Assembly (NCBI GenBank): GCA_963701765.1
Contig: CAVPBD010000004.1
Span: 229,384-293,383, forward strand
DNA: 64,000 bases
Origin: Candidatus Bathyarchaeota archaeon
GTDB taxonomy: Archaea; Thermoproteota; Bathyarchaeia; Bathyarchaeales; Bathycorpusculaceae
Reading direction: 5' to 3'
Shown here: positions 56,267-64,000 of the stretch, in pieces
How the letters are laid out: each line of letters starts with the position of its first letter
How positions within the stretch are numbered: position 1 is the stretch's first letter
Position numbers and translations under genes: made by a program
The notes under the pieces: generated by a model
What the model saw: only the letters and a program-made list of their open reading frames with translations
What the model was told of the DNA's origin: nothing
Databases searched by the model: none

Positions 56267-57678
56267 CGTTTCTCGGTTTTTTCGTCTGAGATTTTTTTGA
56301 CAACTATTTTGGAGGCGTAGATTTTTGCGTCGGTTAGGATTATTCTAAAGCCACCCGCAGTTATGGGTAGTGTTGATGCTGTCATTACCGGCATCATTGT
56401 AGCTTCTGCTGCTTGTGTTTCGGTTGAGGTTGATGCTGCTTCTTCCGCTGGTGCTTCTTCTTGCCATCTTGCAACAACTGGATGGTTCTTTTCTTTCAGG
56501 AAGGCTTTGAGGGCGTCGATATTTTGCGCGTTTTCTTCAGTAGCTATTTTATCTACGACATCTGCTGGGATGAATTCTTTGACGCGTTCTTTAACTTCTT
56601 TAGGTAGCCAGACTACACGGTTCCATCCGCCGTCTGCAGAGAGGAATCTTGATGAACGCATATATTCGATAGACAAACCATGGAATCCGTCAACTTGGCG
56701 TCCGCCTGAAGTAGAATCAGCCATAGTTGAGAAGGGCAGACCGTTTGCAGATACACCTTTAAAGCTTCGGCTGACTATACCGAACCCGTCAACTTCGGGT
56801 ACGTAAAAGGCTACTGCTTCGAAGCATCCGCAGGAAGTATGTGGATGGTCAAATGCAGTGTATAACCAGACTTTGTTTATTTCGCCCATGGTTCGTTTTT
56901 TGGCCATTTCGTTTATGCCGGTGTATTCGCCTTTTTCAGCGTTGACTAGTTCACCTTTTTCTATGGCGAAGACTGGACCTTTGGGGTCGATGCTTGCTGA
57001 GGCTTTTCCGTCGAACCAGGATATGGCTCCGCAGTTGGAGTATCTTTGCGGTGTGATTACACAGACGTGTGTGGGTGCGAAAGATTGGCAGAGGGCGCAA
57101 CCGTAGAATTTGTCGACATCTTCATCTTTAAGACCGCGTGCTTTTGCATCGCGTGCTTCGTAATCGGCTACGGCGCCTGTATATAGTTCATGGATTTTTG
57201 CTGGGTCAGTAACGAAGGTTATTTGCAGTTTTTCAATAATTGGCAGTTCGCTCTTGTAGAGTCGTTGAAGAACGGTACCGATGTAGCTGAAGCTCTTTAG
57301 GCCTTTCTCGAAGGATTTCTTTCCAATACGCATCCATACGTCGTAGCGTTGGTTAAGGTGCATGAAACCTTCGATAAAGTTGAGATAGCCGTGAAGGCGC
57401 CTTTCAATTACACCTTCAAGACCAGCGTCTAGAGTTGGGCCAGCTGCTTCAATTAGAATTGCTAAGGGGTGAGCTGCGCCTACTTTGAGGTCTTTTAGAT
57501 CCGGGCCGATGATGGTGACTTTGCCGTCTTCGACTTCGCTCATGGGTTTTACTTTTGCTAGTTCAAATTTTTCTTTGATGGTTGGTCCGCCAAGTTCGAC
57601 TTGCATGTCGTTTTTGCGGATACGTTCGCCTTCATAAATGACTCCGACATCTACAGGTATATCTTTAAACATGGACAT
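56263..57678 (-). CDS. cdhC: acetyl-CoA decarbonylase/synthase beta subunit (A-cluster acetyl-CoA synthase)
   Basis: 'CALCQSFAPTHVCVITPQR' and A-cluster ligands 'TSCGCFE'. It has the archaeal-type C-terminal extension. Confidence 0.95.
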   Translation of the reverse strand: MSMFKDIPVDVGVIYEGERIRKNDMQVELGGPTIKEKFELAKVKPMSEVEDGKVTIIGPDLKDLKVGAAHPLAILIEAAGPTLDAGLEGVIERRLHGYLNFIEGFMHLNQRYDVWMRIGKKSFEKGLKSFSYIGTVLQRLYKSELPIIEKLQITFVTDPAKIHELYTGAVADYEARDAKARGLKDEDVDKFYGCALCQSFAPTHVCVITPQRYSNCGAISWFDGKASASIDPKGPVFAIEKGELVNAEKGEYTGINEMAKKRTMGEINKVWLYTAFDHPHTSCGCFEAVAFYVPEVDGFGIVSRSFKGVSANGLPFSTMADSTSGGRQVDGFHGLSIEYMRSSRFLSADGGWNRVVWLPKEVKERVKEFIPADVVDKIATEENAQNIDALKAFLKEKNHPVVARWQEEAPAEEAASTSTETQAAEATMMPVMTASTLPITAGGFRIILTDAKIYASKIVVKKISDEKTEKR

Positions 57679-57679
57679 T

Positions 57680-58225
57680 TTAGTTTCCTCCTTCTTTAAA
57701 CTTTAAAGTCATGACTTTGAGATTTTCCGCCCACGCTTCAATTGAAACGTTAGGGTAGGACCAGGTTGCGTGCGGATGGAACAGATTGTCGATGGTTATG
57801 GTTTTTAGTTGTGGTGCAAAATGTTTGAGTCCTGACAAGATGAGTGCTTCCATATAATAAGGCATACCAACGAACAATGCAACATCGTGCGGACCTTTGC
57901 CGTCAATTCCTTGCCAGGTGGGGTCGACTAATCTGTTGCCGATGTCCATAGCAGACATGTAGTCAGCGGGTGTGTATCCTCGTTTGAGGAATTCACCAAC
58001 CATATGGGCTGTCGCAACAACTGGAATTTTTGAGGCATTTGCGAAGTCTATAAGGTATTCAATTAATAGCTTGCCTTCTATCATACGTTCAACTGCGTAG
58101 CTGCCCACGACCAAAATGGGGTGGGTTGCTTTCTTTATAATAGCTACGGCGATTTCGGGTTTTTGTATTGCGTTTGCTTTCTTTGTTGCTGCTATTTCTG
58201 CACATTGCCAAGGTTCACATGACAT
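57680..58225 (-). CDS. cdhB: acetyl-CoA decarbonylase/synthase epsilon subunit
   Basis: 181 aa located between cdhA and cdhC, with CdhB-like sequence. Confidence 0.9.
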   Translation of the reverse strand: MSCEPWQCAEIAATKKANAIQKPEIAVAIIKKATHPILVVGSYAVERMIEGKLLIEYLIDFANASKIPVVATAHMVGEFLKRGYTPADYMSAMDIGNRLVDPTWQGIDGKGPHDVALFVGMPYYMEALILSGLKHFAPQLKTITIDNLFHPHATWSYPNVSIEAWAENLKVMTLKFKEGGN

Positions 58226-58231
58226 ATTTTA

Positions 58232-60580
58232 TCACTCCTTAGTTTTACGGACCATTCTTGGAAGCATTGTTGGGTCAGGAATTGAGGTTTCTTTCCAGCC
58301 TTTTGCTTCCAATATTTTAGTAAATTCGTCTTTCATAGTAATGGGTATGTCGGCTGTTGTTCGGATATATTTTTCGAGATCTTCTGGCATTGTTCCATAG
58401 AGACGCTTGTGCAAGTCGACATAGTGTGAGAGTTTTCCTGCGCGGCCTTTCCAAGTATCGTTAGGTCTCAGGGTGAGTTTAGCTATCATAACCATCGCTT
58501 CTTCTTTAGTTTCAGCGGTTATGAATAGATGTTCGGGTGCGGGTCCAGTGTAGATTTTTTCACCTGTGCGGGCATCGATGCTGTACCACATTTCATCTTT
58601 GTCCTTTCTGCCCATGAGCATGCGACGGTATTTGCTTCCGTGTGGACCAACGATTACTGGAACACCTAAGCGCCAGAATCCAGCGGCTATTGCTGCAGCT
58701 TTTTGGGAGTATGCGCCCCATGCAAGACCGACTGCGCCGACGCGGTTGTGGATGTAGTCTGCGATTTCTTCGTAGTTGCCTCGTAGGTTGCGTTTCGCGA
58801 AGATATTGGCTACTTTGATTGCTGCGCCTGCAATGTGGCTATTGGCTACGCATGAACCGACATTGGTTATTCCGCCTGCTTCGAAGCCGCCTGGGAATTC
58901 TTCGTAGAGTGTTTTACCTTCAGCATTCTTATATGATCCTGCGGTCATGGCTGAGCAGCCTGATACTGCAACGATGAATCGTCTGCTGGCGAATTCTCTG
59001 CATATATCATAAACGTCTTTACCACCTTTTGGATAGTTACTGCATCCGACTACTGCAAGGATGCCGGGGATTTCGCCTAAAACGATTGGACCACCAACAC
59101 TTCTGATTTCTACGTCTGAAACTGCGCCTCTACCTTGGCGACAGAAGTTAGTCTCTTCGGTCATATGTTTCTCGCCCGCTTTAACTATGAAGCTATGTAT
59201 GGCGAGTTTTACTGGGCAAACTTGTTCGCATCTTCCACAGCCAACACAGTATTCATACAGGTCGGTGAACTGTGTTATGTCGCCTTCTTCGGCTGCTTTC
59301 ATTGCCTCAGATATTTTGAGGTCTTGTGGGCAACTTCTGCGACACATATTGCAGTGTCTACATGTCTTAGCAAGTTGCTTGATTTCCTCTATTTCTGGAA
59401 GGTTTTTGAATTTCTTGCGTATTGGCGCTATCTTTTGGGCTGTTTTTACTGCAACTTCCCCTACTTTTTCTGGGTCGAGGATTAGTACTCCGGGTACTTT
59501 ACCGCTTACGAGATCTGCAACGATTTCGTCTGCAGGGTCGTTTGTACGGTTCTTGTAACCGATGCAGTTCTTTTCTGATGCTGCAATGACTGGCGTGTGA
59601 ATGCGTTCAGCTTCTTGGTAGACATCTGTTCGGACACATTGCTCATCTAGAACGACTACGTCTGGGAGACCGGTGCGTACGAATCTTAGTTCCCATGAGA
59701 TTGGACCTATGATTTTTGCACCCTTGTAGTATCGTGTATTGTCTATAGCAGTACAACATAAGCCAACAACTTCCATGTTATCGGCAACACCCTTGTCTCT
59801 CATATAGTCTATAATACCGACTGAGGGCACAACGTTGTGGCCAATGCACATGATAACTGGTTTCTTAGAATTAACAGTGCCAATGCCCATTTCAACTAGT
59901 GGAGCATTAGGGTCAGCTTTGGGGAAGTTCAGGGTGGAAACTTGAGCGATATCACCAATTTCCATACCTAAATGATCAATCATACCAACGTGGAATGCTT
60001 TTGATTCAAAGTCTAGGTTGTTGGATTCTTGACCGGTATGAGCTACTGCAAGGCATTGAGTAATTTGATTTTCTGCATACTCTAGAGCTTCTTCTAAGTC
60101 ACCCAGAGTCTGTGGTCTTATACCAGTAACTAGTCTGGTTATTGGCGCTTCTACTTTGATGTTTAGACCACCTATATCTAGTGGGTATTTGGCACCATAT
60201 TCCTCAATTAGATGGTGAACCATGTGACGCGAGTGGGCAGTATGTGTAGCGGCTCCTATACAACAAGCTAAAAGTACAATACGTGATGATTGGGCACCTA
60301 TATCGATGCCACATGCACCACGTTTTCCAGCGGTCAAATCGCATTTGCCAAAAGTGCACAAACAGCAAAGGTCACAATCAGGCATGTAAAATGGCTTGTA
60401 CTTGTTAAGGAGTTTCAAGTCCCAGTCTCTCAAGGTTGATAATGAAGGCATAGGTGTGGGACCCATAGGTTCAGTCCATGAGTCATCAACAATTTTGCCT
60501 ATAGAAATATCAAGATTCTTGATAAGACCAGTGTTGGTCTTCATTTCGTCTATCTTTACACGCAGGTTTTTAGTTGTCAA
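58232..60580 (-). CDS. cdhA: acetyl-CoA decarbonylase/synthase alpha subunit (Ni-Fe CO dehydrogenase)
   Basis: TTG start with a GAGGT SD. N-terminal Cys cluster 'CDLCCLCTFGKCDL', an inserted ferredoxin-like domain 'CRHCNMCRRSCP...CVGCGRCEQVCP', and C-cluster region motifs. Confidence 0.95.
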   Translation of the reverse strand: MTTKNLRVKIDEMKTNTGLIKNLDISIGKIVDDSWTEPMGPTPMPSLSTLRDWDLKLLNKYKPFYMPDCDLCCLCTFGKCDLTAGKRGACGIDIGAQSSRIVLLACCIGAATHTAHSRHMVHHLIEEYGAKYPLDIGGLNIKVEAPITRLVTGIRPQTLGDLEEALEYAENQITQCLAVAHTGQESNNLDFESKAFHVGMIDHLGMEIGDIAQVSTLNFPKADPNAPLVEMGIGTVNSKKPVIMCIGHNVVPSVGIIDYMRDKGVADNMEVVGLCCTAIDNTRYYKGAKIIGPISWELRFVRTGLPDVVVLDEQCVRTDVYQEAERIHTPVIAASEKNCIGYKNRTNDPADEIVADLVSGKVPGVLILDPEKVGEVAVKTAQKIAPIRKKFKNLPEIEEIKQLAKTCRHCNMCRRSCPQDLKISEAMKAAEEGDITQFTDLYEYCVGCGRCEQVCPVKLAIHSFIVKAGEKHMTEETNFCRQGRGAVSDVEIRSVGGPIVLGEIPGILAVVGCSNYPKGGKDVYDICREFASRRFIVAVSGCSAMTAGSYKNAEGKTLYEEFPGGFEAGGITNVGSCVANSHIAGAAIKVANIFAKRNLRGNYEEIADYIHNRVGAVGLAWGAYSQKAAAIAAGFWRLGVPVIVGPHGSKYRRMLMGRKDKDEMWYSIDARTGEKIYTGPAPEHLFITAETKEEAMVMIAKLTLRPNDTWKGRAGKLSHYVDLHKRLYGTMPEDLEKYIRTTADIPITMKDEFTKILEAKGWKETSIPDPTMLPRMVRKTKE

Positions 60581-60737
60581 GTTAGTTAACCTCAGTAAAG
60601 GTTTAGATAATACCCATTCTGCACTGTTTTAAACCTTTCCAGAACAAGGATGAAAAAATTATGGGAAATATTATGAGAAAAGCGAGATTAAATAAGAAAA
60701 ATATTTAAGTAACACGTTTATTTACTTCCGTGCTACC

Positions 60738-60758
60738 GAAGTTTAGTTACTAAACTTC
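60738..60758 (-). promoter_or_regulatory. perfect 8-bp stem hairpin immediately after the cooC stop, upstream of cdhA
   Basis: 'gaagttta' (60738-60745), 'gttac' loop, then 'taaacttc' (60751-60758). It abuts the stop codon at 60759-60761. Confidence 0.4.
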
Positions 60759-61523
60759 TTAAAGGTAGCCAACTTTTTTCAGAATCTGTTTAACTGAGAC
60801 ATACCCGGGGTTGTCAGAGGGTAAATCCAGCAGTGATTTCCCGTCCAACACATACTCGTCCACAGTTTCGTCTGCGACTATTTTGCCCATGTACTTGAAA
60901 TTGAGTTCGGTTTCTGCTTGACTGCCGCGTTCAGCGGGAAATCGATAGCCACCTATAAGGTAGAAGTTATCGAATTCCATTTGAACCTCTTTAGCTATGC
61001 GATAGGCGCGTTTGGCATGATCAATGGATTTCTTGGAGTGATCAAGCATTTCGAATATGTCATTTACTTTCGAGGCTATACGCCTATTCAAGTGCTCTAG
61101 ACCAGCGGGGGAGTCTATTATAACGTACTGGTAGTTCTTGGTGACTGATTCTAACGCAGCTTTCAACGCAGTATTAGGCATGCAGTAGCAACCTTCAACC
61201 CATTTGGTACCTACGGACATGAAGTCAAAGTCCTTACTTTCGTACATACCTTCGCTTAGAAGCCGAGTTTCTATTCGTTGGGTAGGTGCTACTCCTGTGG
61301 TAGTCCCGCCTTTCTGGATGAAGGTGTCAACGATGAGCTCCGCCATTGTGGATTTACCCTGAGCTTTCATATCTATACCAAGCATTTCCGCCAGGTTTTG
61401 ATCAGGATCAGCATCAACTAATAATAGCGGCGCATGACCTGCCTCAATAAACGCCTTCGCCATCAAAGAAGTAAAACTAGATTTCCCGGTTCCACCGCGT
61501 CCAATGGTGACAAGAGTTTTCAT
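60759..61523 (-). CDS. cooC: CooC-type Ni-insertion ATPase (MinD/ParA-like), paralog 2
   Basis: Deviant Walker A 'GRGGTGKSS' and the Ni-binding CxC 'EGCYCMP'. Confidence 0.85.
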   Translation of the reverse strand: MKTLVTIGRGGTGKSSFTSLMAKAFIEAGHAPLLLVDADPDQNLAEMLGIDMKAQGKSTMAELIVDTFIQKGGTTTGVAPTQRIETRLLSEGMYESKDFDFMSVGTKWVEGCYCMPNTALKAALESVTKNYQYVIIDSPAGLEHLNRRIASKVNDIFEMLDHSKKSIDHAKRAYRIAKEVQMEFDNFYLIGGYRFPAERGSQAETELNFKYMGKIVADETVDEYVLDGKSLLDLPSDNPGYVSVKQILKKVGYL

Positions 61524-61540
61524 ACAATCAGCCTCAACTA

Positions 61541-62323
61541 TTAGTTAGATGCTTTCTTTAGCAGCAAGTCGCATATATTATCTATGGTCTTAACCGAAGG
61601 ATAATCCTTGTTTTTAAGCGGAGTTTCACCTTGCATATCTGACTCAGTAATTTTGTTGTCAAATGGAATCAACGCAAGCACTTCTAATCCGTTTTTAGCT
61701 GCGAAACTGCGTATGGCTTCCTCTTGTAGGGTGTTCATGACGCGATTACCTATGAGATAGAGCTGTTTCATACCTGCAGTGGCTGCGAAGTCGCGGATTT
61801 TTTTTGCAATTTCGAGGGATTTCAGGTTTGAATCTGCTATAATGAGCAGTGTGTCCATGGCCTTTGCGGTACCACGTCCGATGTGTTCTACGCCTGCCTC
61901 TAAATCAAGTACGACAGCTTCATCGCATTCTACAACCAAATGTCGTAGCAGTTCACGTACAACAGCAGTTGGTGCACACATACATCCTGACCCCATCGAT
62001 TGAACTGTGCCCATCACAATGAGGTTAGGCCCAAGTGGGGTCTTCACCGAGTACTCGCGCACTATGTCGTCGACGCTAAAAGAAAGTTTGTAGACCCCTG
62101 AATACTCGGTTTGTGTTTTGGAGTCCACCAAAGGCTTGTTATCCGAAATCGGGATAAGTTTACGCGCCTCTTCTGTTGACAAACCCAATGTCAAGGCTAA
62201 GTTAGGAGAAGAGTCCGCGTCAATTGCAATAGTCTTCAAACCACGTTGCGCAAAACCCACTGCCAAACCGCCGGCAATTAAAGTCTTGCCAACGCCACCT
62301 TTACCAGCAACAGCAACCTTCAT
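61541..62323 (-). CDS. cooC: CooC/AcsF-type Ni-insertion ATPase, paralog 1
   Basis: 'GKGGVGKT' and the CxC motif 'GSGCMCAP'. Confidence 0.85.
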   Translation of the reverse strand: MKVAVAGKGGVGKTLIAGGLAVGFAQRGLKTIAIDADSSPNLALTLGLSTEEARKLIPISDNKPLVDSKTQTEYSGVYKLSFSVDDIVREYSVKTPLGPNLIVMGTVQSMGSGCMCAPTAVVRELLRHLVVECDEAVVLDLEAGVEHIGRGTAKAMDTLLIIADSNLKSLEIAKKIRDFAATAGMKQLYLIGNRVMNTLQEEAIRSFAAKNGLEVLALIPFDNKITESDMQGETPLKNKDYPSVKTIDNICDLLLKKASN

Positions 62324-62485
62324 AAATTCACCAGCTAAAAAATAACTCAGTTCAACATTAATTTAGATTTCTTAAAAAGAGGAGCAAAACTATCGTAAAA
62401 AACAATTTAAATAATAATCAAACCAATTGTTTAAAAATTATTTTTTGTATATAAAATCATCAACAAAAACCAGTGATAAATTCAG

Positions 62486-62965
62486 TTAATGGTTTTTTAT
62501 TTGCTCTAAAACTGTTCGTCTAGGGCGAAAGCCATATCGGGCATAAAACCTGAATGCTTCTTCATTGCCAGCTGCAACCGATACCATCTTTGTTTCTGCA
62601 CCTTTTTCATCCATCCAAAATAGAGCAGATTTTATCAACGCGTCCCCGATACCTAATCCCCTATAAGATTCTTCAACAAATAAGGATTCAATCCCGCCAA
62701 CTTTGTTCGCATCAATGCTACTCACGCAATAGCCAACATATTGTTCTGCTTTCTCATCTTTAGCTAATTCAACACGCAATGCCCCAGTCCGAGCTTTCTG
62801 CAACAAGACAACTTTACGTTTTTCAAAAGTCAAAGCCCTATAATAGGGCTTAAAATCAGGTGAAAAGTCCAAATGCTGCTGATTCAAACCCGCCCAAAGT
62901 CTAACTATATTATCAAGCAGTTTTTCGTCGCCAGATACATATTTTATCTTCGCCACATCAACCAA
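62486..62965 (-). CDS. GNAT-family N-acetyltransferase
   Basis: The acetyl-CoA-binding motif 'YRGLGIGDALIKSAL' and 'FYARYGF' are typical of GNAT proteins. Confidence 0.8.
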   Translation of the reverse strand: MVDVAKIKYVSGDEKLLDNIVRLWAGLNQQHLDFSPDFKPYYRALTFEKRKVVLLQKARTGALRVELAKDEKAEQYVGYCVSSIDANKVGGIESLFVEESYRGLGIGDALIKSALFWMDEKGAETKMVSVAAGNEEAFRFYARYGFRPRRTVLEQIKNH

Positions 62966-63080
62966 CGCGTTTCACCAAACCGCAACAATACTATTCATAA
63001 ACGTGTCTTAGATAACTTTTGGCTGACCCGAAACAGATAATAACACATAAACATCCTAACTGAAAATAGGAGAATATAAA

Positions 63081-63752
63081 ATGTCAACCCCTAATCTCTC
63101 ACTCGCCGTAATCGGCGGCACAGGCTCAGAAGGAAGCGCCATCGCCGCTCGATTCGCAAAAGCAGGCGTACGTGTCCTTATCGGCTCACGTGATGCCATG
63201 AAAGCCCAAAATACCGCAAACATAATTAACACAAAATTCGGTAGCAAAAACGTCGAAGGCTACAGCAACCGTGACGCCGCAACCAAAGCCGACGTAGTCT
63301 TGCTCTCCATTCCCTATGATGGCATGAAACCTATACTTGAAGATCTTAAAACCGCGGTACAAGGCAAAATCGTCATCAACATTGCAAGCTCTCTTGATCC
63401 TGAAAGAAAAAGCCGCGCAAAACTTAATCCTAAAGGCTCAATTACTGCAGAAGTCCAAGAATTCTTCGGTGAAGGCACCAAAGTTGTAGCAGCCTTCCAA
63501 AACATTTCACCTGAACAACTAGAGAAATTCGATTCAAAAATCGAAACTGACGTCCTAGTATGCGGAGGAGACAAAGAAGCACGCGAAGCCGTAGTTGCAA
63601 TGATAAGAAAAACAGGCATTGAAGCCTTTGACGCAGGTGTACTTGCCAACGCAGTAGTTGTAGAAACAATGACTGCTGTACTAATTTACATAAACATCAA
63701 ATACAAGATGAAAGGTGCAGGAATAAGCCTAGTCGGCGTACCTCGCACTTAG
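63081..63752 (+). CDS. fno: F420-dependent NADP(H) oxidoreductase (Fno/NpdG family)
   Basis: 'LAVIGGTGSEGSAIAARFAKAGVRVLIGSR', 'VVLLSIPY' and 'VLVCGGDKEAREAVVAMIRKTGIEAFDAG' are colinear with Archaeoglobus Fno as recalled. Confidence 0.8.
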   Translation: MSTPNLSLAVIGGTGSEGSAIAARFAKAGVRVLIGSRDAMKAQNTANIINTKFGSKNVEGYSNRDAATKADVVLLSIPYDGMKPILEDLKTAVQGKIVINIASSLDPERKSRAKLNPKGSITAEVQEFFGEGTKVVAAFQNISPEQLEKFDSKIETDVLVCGGDKEAREAVVAMIRKTGIEAFDAGVLANAVVVETMTAVLIYINIKYKMKGAGISLVGVPRT

Positions 63753-63781
63753 CCCCCTTCTTTCCAAAACATTTTCTTTAA

Positions 63782-64000
63782 TTATCTTTCTGAAATTGAT
63801 GAGTTACCTTTGAGGTATTCAGAGACTTTTAGATTACGTAAGGAAATTTGTTCTAAAACTTCTCGACATAGAGTACTGTTTTTGACTACAAGAAGCTTCT
63901 TGAAATCCTCCGCACAATCAATGTCATTGCCAATATTCAGCGAACTATAAAACCGAACCTTGACTCCCTTGCAATGGGCTTCTTCAACATGGGCTGCAAA
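63782..64000 (-). CDS. C-terminal fragment of an unidentified protein (5' end outside the window)
   Basis: The minus-strand frame is open from 64000 to the TAA at 63782-63784 ('FAAHVEEAHCKGVKVRFYSSLNIGNDIDCAEDFKKLLVV...'). It is absent from the ORF track because it has no start codon. Confidence 0.4.
   Translation of the reverse strand, partial: FAAHVEEAHCKGVKVRFYSSLNIGNDIDCAEDFKKLLVVKNSTLCREVLEQISLRNLKVSEYLKGNSSISER

Noticed and set aside
56363-59558. Long + strand ORFs (56363..56806, 58116..58400, 59061..59558, 59135..59485 and others) antisense to cdhA/B/C
   Set aside because: They lie entirely inside strongly supported, motif-bearing minus-strand genes. Their translations are low-complexity with no recognisable domains, so they are antisense shadow ORFs.
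53595-62323. Temptation to call the organism a methanogen because of cdhABCDE and Fno
   Set aside because: CODH/ACS and F420 enzymes occur in non-methanogenic archaea, and no mcr/mtr/hdr genes are in this window. The lineage is left open.

Overview
The window is a dense, moderately AT-rich archaeal chromosomal segment coding on both strands. Archaeal hallmarks are TFE, aMBF1, NAC, aTrm56, Hel308, an archaeal-type ThrRS, an intron-containing tRNA and cdhABCDE. Lineage cannot be fixed from this window. The content fits an uncultivated Wood-Ljungdahl archaeon (Bathyarchaeia- or Asgard-like), and no methanogenesis marker genes are present.

Main blocks:
- 1-15.7 kb: housekeeping genes (proS fragment, aminotransferases, thrS, PfkB kinase, NAC, PUA protein, MBF1, hflX, trm56, tfe, HD protein, aquaporin, dodecin, tRNA-Val), plus a large frameshifted PQQ-propeller surface-protein gene.
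- 15.8-24.6 kb: glycan or cell-surface biosynthesis island (ATP-grasp, HAD, short NDP-sugar dehydrogenase, DUF354, two GT2, LbH acetyltransferase, methyltransferase, deacetylase-like/FemAB-like fusion).
- 24.6-27.9 kb: iscS-iscU-sufS operon with a coupled small ORF.
- 28.1-35.5 kb: a second PQQ-propeller surface protein, a 656-bp ORF-free region, hel308, purB, an AsnB-like protein and a ferredoxin.
- 35.5-43.5 kb: a ribophorin-I-like type-I membrane protein, DUF2095-like protein, NTase, glycogen-synthase-like GT, a LacD-type aldolase with GlpX, an RHH/wHTH regulator and tRNA-Arg(CCG) with an intron.
- 43.8-51.5 kb: a frameshifted Dph6-like gene and a pstS-pstCAB-phoU-pstS locus with a divergent AbrB-PhoU regulator.
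- 51.5-62.3 kb: membrane protein, ferredoxin, cooT, and cooC-cooC-cdhABCDE (archaeal CODH/ACS).
- 62.4-64 kb: GNAT, F420-dependent NADP reductase and a partial ORF.

No CRISPR array, transposase, integrase or recognisable defence genes were seen.

Most notable observations:
- The ribophorin I/Ost1-like protein.
- At least three (probably four) single-nucleotide frame disruptions, and a hflX N-terminus lacking a canonical start codon.
- An exact 13-mer present three times in intergenic DNA.
- A structured 656-bp non-coding region.
- An unusual aldolase-FBPase pair.

All protein family calls come from reading the translations and recalling family motifs. No database search was run.
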